64,000 nucleotides of DNA from Saccostrea cucullata. Its lineage: Eukaryota. Position 1 is the stretch's first letter; each line of letters starts with the position of its first letter. The notes below the pieces were generated by a model. That model was not told the DNA's origin. It searched no databases and saw nothing but the letters and a program-made list of their open reading frames with translations. Shown here piece by piece: positions 58,101-64,000 of this stretch. The stretch covers positions 1,674,001 to 1,738,000 of the forward strand of contig NW_026920581.1 of the NCBI RefSeq assembly GCF_032062105.1, written 5' to 3'. The translations under genes and the position numbers were made by a program.

Positions 58101-61100
58101 CAAAAAAAAGAAGTAGGCATTTTTCAATTTACTCCTTTCCTCCTACTCATTCTCAAAAAGTGGAGCCTAAGATTGAGAGAATAACTACATTATCTTATTA
58201 TATGTTCTGATGCAGCATTGGGAGACATGCTCAAATCAATCTGCATCAGATAAAACATTGCAAGGATGCGTCATCTAGATAAGATAAGAAATGTCAAATT
58301 TCTATCTGTTCCTTATGTTATATATTATTGGCATTTTAAACAAAATGTAAGAATATAAAGAAATTGATTCATGAAATATTACAGACAAAGTTACTGTAGA
58401 TCACCATATTTTCACAATACCTTATTTTTTGAGAGAGTGCTATTTTTATTTATAAGGAAGATAAAATTTTTCACGAGCTAGGGTTTTTGATGTATATAAT
58501 CCTTACTAATTACAAATAAACATGAGAGTATAATTTTTGCAAGCAGACAGACTAACGTAATTATGTGAAAAATAAAGTTCTCACAAACAAAAAAGTTATT
58601 TACAGTAATCAATTGACTGTCTTTTTCAGGTGGAAGAGATTCGTGGAATGATAGACAAAATAGCGGGCAATGTAGACGAGGTCAAGAAAAAACACAGTGC
58701 TATTTTGGCAGCTCCCCAGCCAGATGACAGTAAGAGGTCCTTGTAGTGTAGACTCAAACAAGACTGACTCAAACTCAACATCACATACTCAAACTCAACA
58801 TCACATTCTCAAACTCAACATCACATACTCATTATCACATTATCAAACTCAACATCACATACTCGAAATCAACATCACATACTTAAACTCAACATCACAT
58901 ACTCATCATCACATACACAAACTCAACATCACAAACTCAAACCCAACATCACATACTCAGACTCAACATCACATATTTAACACCACAGACTCAAACTCAA
59001 CATCACAAAACAAGACTGATTCAAACTCAAACTCAACTCAATATCATATATCACAGACTGACTCAAACTCAACATCACATACTCAGACTCAACATCACAT
59101 ACTCAACACCACAGACTCAAACTCAACATCACATACTCAAACTCAACATCACATACTCAAACTCAACATCACATACTCAAACTCAACCTCACAGACTCAA
59201 ACTCAACCTCAGAGACTCAAACTCAACATCACAGACTCAAACTAGTGCAAGAAAATATTGCTCAACCTCACAGACTTAAACTCAACATCACATACTCAAA
59301 CCCAACATCACATACTCAGACTCAACATCACATACTCAACACCACAGACTCAAACTCAACCTCACATACTCAAACTCAACCTCACATACTCAAACTCAAC
59401 CTCACAGACTCAAACTCAACCTCACATACTCAAACTCAACCTCACAGATTCAAACTCAACCTCACATACTTAAACTCAACATCACATACTCAAACTCAAC
59501 ATTTTCCAACACCCTGGCATCCCTATTTGAGAGAACAAGGATTCAATAGTGCTGATTGTTCATTTTACATATAAACAGTGATCAATCTCAAAATAAAAAA
59601 ATATCTTCATTGAAACAATACAAATATGTGAACATGTAAAGCATAAAACAGACTCCCTGGAATTACAAAGGTGGGATCAGGTGCCAAGGAGGAGTAAGCT
59701 TCCTCTGTTAACTTAGACATACTTTTTGCTGAAAAGTAGTGCCAAAAAAATATTGTTTTCCCCCACATCAAAATTTACCAGGATTCAATAGTGCTTTGTT
59801 CTTTAACTAATAAGTGTAATCATAAATTATTTAATGCACTAAGACAAGTATTGGTTTATTGGCACAAATGAAGCAGCACAGATGTTGATTGGATATGATG
59901 CTGCTAAAAAAAAATAGGTTTGCAAAAAAAAAAATATATACAAATCAACAGAATGTATTCAATCTGTTACTTATGGCCAAGTCAGCAGAATTGCTTTACA
60001 GTACTGTAAGGTCATGAGAAAGCTTTTATTGAATTGTAAATAATTTTTTGACAATAGGGCAAGTTTGTTTTAAATGTCTGGTACTAAATGATGATGACAA
60101 TTCTTTTCAGAAACAAAGGAAGAATTAGAGGAGTTGATGACAGACATCAAGAAAACAGCAAACAAAGTCAGGGCTAGATTAAAAGGTATAGGGGTCTGGC
60201 ATATTTTGTCCTTTTAATCTGTTATACTGTAGATCAGTATAGTTTTGTGAGAAAGCTTTTTGGTATTATATTTTTTGTTTTTATAAGCAAAACAAATATT
60301 TAAAAGTTGTGGTATTTGCTTATATTATCCTTTCTTTTACAAATATATGCAAGAATAAAAAGTAATTTAGGGTATAAGAGAGTAATTTTATCAAGGGACA
60401 TAACTTTAAAAAGTTGAATTTATTTTTATGTATTTCAAAAGTATAAGCATACAATTTTGTACTTCCACCAGTATGAATATTTTAACTTGCAAAGGATATA
60501 AATGTTGCATTCCTATTTCTCCTGTGAAATGGAGTTTATAATGATTTTTTTTTTTCTTTCAGATATTGAACAAAATATTGAAAAAGAGGAGCATTCAAAT
60601 AAAACGTCGGCAGATTTAAGGATACGCAAAACACAAGTGAGTTGAACTTTCTTTTTCAAATTCAGAGTGTCGGTTAGCAAGAAAATTTTATCTTTAATTG
60701 AAGTTCCATTTTATTCATTGTTATGGGCTTCTCTTCAATTTTATTTGGTCACCTATTAATGAACAAGTATTTTGTACACTCGACATCAGCTTGTATTAAA
60801 AGGTATGCCATCTGCACATTATAAAATTGCTTTTAACGTTTAATTGCGTAAATTTTTACATGCTGTTTTAACCAAACCTATGTAGCAAAAGAGTTTATAA
60901 TGGGATTAAAAATTAATTGCGTAAATTTTTACATGCTATTTTAACCAAAACTATGTAGCAAAAGAGTTTATAATTGGATTATAAATTAATTGCGTAAATT
61001 TTTACATGCTATTTTAACCAAAACTATGTAGCAAAAGAGTTTATAATATCTTATGTGACTATAAATAAGCAGTGAAATAATGATAAGCTCAACACTTGTC

Positions 61101-63254
61101 ATCATGCATGTGAATTAACTTTCATGTTACTTTAATTCATTAACATGTAATGGACATTATATTAAAACTTCATTTATTTTTTTTTCAATCAATTATTTAT
61201 GGTAAAGCAGTTATATTGGAGGCACAATTTGTTTTCATTCAGGAAAAAAAGAGAAAGAGAGAAGAAGTTGGGGGGGGGGGATCAGCACATTATAAATTTC
61301 TTTTTTTTCACTAAATTTTCTTTTAAAGGAAGATGATTTTTTTTTTAGAGGAATGGGTTTTTTACTTGTAATAATTTTTTGAAAACTATTTTTATAGCAT
61401 GCGACACTTTCCCGTAAATTTGTGGAGGTTATGAATGACTACAATGCTTGTCAAATTGACTACCGGGAGAGGTGTAAAGGCCGAATCCAGAGGCAACTGG
61501 AAATCAGTAAGGTTTTCTCTTTCACTGGGTAATTGACACTCATGCATGCCTTAATTTCATGTACAGAAGATGTTATTTTGAACTTTTGCTACTGTTTACA
61601 TTTTTTTTATTTCTTTAAATACACACTGTTTGAATTTTCCCACTTTTGAAAAAGGCAGAAGGGGCAAAAAAAGGGATGGGATGGGGATTTCCCTATATTT
61701 GGTGTGTGCGAGATCATAGGAAAAGTCTTAAATCAGATAATGAAATTGGGTTAATTTACCTAAAATGTAGTAATAATGTTTGATAATGTTTTTTTTTTTT
61801 TTCAAAGCTTATTTAGAGTGAAAACAAATAATAGAATTGTCATTTTCACTTGGATATAATATAGTCAGATTTAAAATGAAGTTGTCAAGCCAAGTATCGG
61901 TACATGTATGTATAATATTAATGCTATATTCTTTTTCTTAGCTGGAAGAACAACAACTAATGATGAATTAGAAAATATGTTAGAATCAGGAAATCCAGCA
62001 ATATTTACGCAAGGGGTAGGTCCAATGCTATTTCCATAATGCAATGAACAAGATTTATTGGTGAACTTTAAGTAATAAATAATTGTAATTGAAATTAAAT
62101 GAAAATTGGCTCTACTGTGAAAAATTTGTTAAACTAATTGCAAAATATTGCAAACATATTGTAGTTTAATACAGTCTCTACGGAAGTGTGTTATGTATAT
62201 TAAATTTTACTTTAATTTAATATGAAAACTCTGACATAGATTGCATTGTTGACTCCTACTTGAATTTCTTTAAGTTCATTGGCCCTCTGATTTATTATTA
62301 CTTGTCTGTGAAAGACAAGAAAAATGGCCATTTCTGTAAAATTTTGCAGTTAGGTATGCTAAAGTAAAAAAATTAGTTGTTCACATTTTAATGATAAATT
62401 AGATTTCTTTTAATTTAAATTGAAAAATTAAGTGAAAAGAAAACTATGTTAATACATGTATTATTATTATTGCTCTTTTTTCTCATTTTAGATCATTATG
62501 GAAACACAAGCAGCAAAACAAACCTTAGCAGATATTGAAGCTAGACACAATGACATTATTAAGTTGGAAAATAGTATAAGAGAGCTACATGATATGTTTA
62601 TGGATATGGCCATGTTAGTAGAACAACAGGTATGTACACCAAATGCTTGAATTTGTCTGTGAAGAAAAAACAATGATAGGACACTTAGCTACTGTAAATC
62701 AATTTTTATTTGTAAGAATCTTTTTTTTGCTTAATTTTATTAAAATTCAGATTGCAAAATTTAATGTGCACATACAATTCTATCTTAAAGATTTTTCTGA
62801 AAAAAAAAACCAAATTTGTAAAAATTTTGTTTTGTGTATAAATGTAATATTGCAACCTAGGAAATCTTGCAAAAATATGATTATTAAACAGTGTTATGTT
62901 GAATAAGTTCAGGCTTTTGCACACTTAATCATTGAATGATTCAAATGTCAAGGTCAGTCAGGAATTCTGTCAAATTGACATGGTCGGATCAAGCACAAGA
63001 TTAGCTTACGTATTAGCATGAAAGATGAAAATTTAATATTCACTTGAGTAAGCTTCATCTCATAATTATGATATTTTTTTTTCAAACTTTGTGACAACCA
63101 CTAGGAAAAAATAATATTTGTTTCTAATTTTTTTATAAAACAGGGAGAGATGATAGATCGTATAGAATATAATGTAGAACAAGCTGTGGATTATATAGAA
63201 ACGGCAAAAAGTGATACGAAAAAAGCTGTCAAGTACCAGAGTAAAGCTAGGCGG
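49176..63254 (+). CDS. STX1A: Syntaxin-1 (neuronal Qa-SNARE); transmembrane exon lies beyond the window
   Basis: Exons 49176-49208, 49954-50040, 58630-58729, 60111-60185, 60563-60636, 61398-61506, 61942-62015, 62492-62629 and 63144-63254, all phase-consistent. Motifs [87 protein letters not shown]. Confidence 0.96.
50860..51488 (-). mobile_element. Helitron/HINE-like element with ~150-bp units
   Basis: GACCTTTTGACCTCAAAATCAATAGG repeats at ~51118 and ~51274, then GACA/GGAC microsatellite and CCCC...GGGGGACAAAAAA terminus. Confidence 0.7.
56992..57556. mobile_element. Mutator-like foldback MITE with ~250-bp TIRs and a 9-bp TSD
   Basis: TAGCTGCAGAACTGTAGC... / ...GCTACAGTTCTGCAGCTA. The arms pair over most of the element. 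CTTTCTCTC at 56983-56991 and 57557-57565. Confidence 0.9.
58392..58607. mobile_element. Decayed MITE (TACTGTA...TACAGTA family)
   Basis: Short TIRs. Shares AAAATAAAG.TCTC.CAAA.AAAAA with a copy at ~54790-55000. Confidence 0.55.
58750..59500. repeat. 20-bp minisatellite, ~35 copies
   Basis: Unit ACTCAAACTCAACATCACAT with variants, starting ~20 bp after the syntaxin exon 3 donor. Confidence 0.95.
60841..61047. repeat. 73-bp tandem repeat, ~2.8 copies
   Basis: TAATTGCGTAAATTTTTACATGCT...GAGTTTATAAT at 60841, 60914 and 60987. Confidence 0.92.
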
Positions 63255-64000
63255 GTAAGTACGGGGGGATATATCGGGAGAGTCACAGTCACCAGTAATG
63301 GTCATGTCTTCACAACTGAGTTTTATTTCATCACATTCTTATTTTATGGCTTTGTTTTGCTTTAAATTTGATATGTTGTTGATATATAGTGTGAGTGCTG
63401 AGATAGATTCCTTTATGAGACCTATTTCCTATCCCCCCAAACTCTGTGTATTATAATTCCAATTTCAATGCAAAAAGCTTTTTTTTTGGTTCCATTCATG
63501 CCCAGTATTATAAAGGCTTTAATTTTCAGGAATAGTGCTAGAAAGGTTGACTTCTGTTTTGTTCTAGACTTGACTGGGAAGGAATAAAAGGAACGGGAAT
63601 TAAGGTGTTTCAATCATACATAGGGGATCTGAAATACAGTCAAATTGAAATTTTACCTAAATACAGTAGATCTACCATGTATGATGATGTAGAATTGTGT
63701 CTAATAGTAACAGTGGTTTCCTAGCTTAAGGAAGATGCCCCTCTGTTGAGATAAGAGAGATAACTCTTAATTGATAAAAGTTAGGGGGAGGAAATGACCA
63801 ATATGCTATCCATATAATGGTATTCAGTAACAGATTTTGACCATTCTTATAGTGTGGCTCAGTGAATAGTTGAACCTATTATCTGTTGATGTAAACCTTG
63901 GATTCACATACACTTTATCTCTCGGCATAAAATAAAATAAATAAAAAATATAACTTATTTCCATGTGTGCTTTCAGCACTTTGTTTTAATTTTGTTTCTT

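Noticed and set aside
58697-59574. ORFs of 182, 109 and 71 aa ([10 protein letters not shown] repeats)
   Set aside because: These are translations of a stop-poor 20-bp minisatellite inside a syntaxin intron.

Overview
AT-rich, intron-containing animal DNA, most likely an oyster (Ostreidae). That call rests on HINE/Helentron elements carrying 145-167 bp internal satellites, a Nin/Deu-type tRNA-SINE and very frequent TACATGTA. Seven spliced genes were rebuilt by hand from GT-AG sites and exon phase: (1) a 5'-incomplete uncharacterised gene whose protein looks bacterial (+, 1362-4095); (2) an Arrowhead/Lhx6-8 LIM-homeobox gene (-); (3) a PTPN1/PTPN2 tyrosine phosphatase (+) with no intact Q-loop exon; (4) PSMA7 (+); (5) a double hot-dog thioesterase-like gene (-); (6) LEKR1 (-), whose first coding exon occurs twice, both copies corrupted; (7) syntaxin-1 (+, 3'-incomplete). 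Introns hold many MITEs, Helentrons, SINEs, palindromes and minisatellites, and there is an N-gap at 7701-7922. The best leads are the intron-bearing bacterial-type gene (possible horizontal transfer), TACATGTA as a possible Tc1/mariner excision scar, a PSMA7 minisatellite that multiplies a splice donor, and two 'blended' regions that are probably assembly artefacts. No prokaryotic-type system is present. All family assignments come from recalled motifs; no database searches were run.
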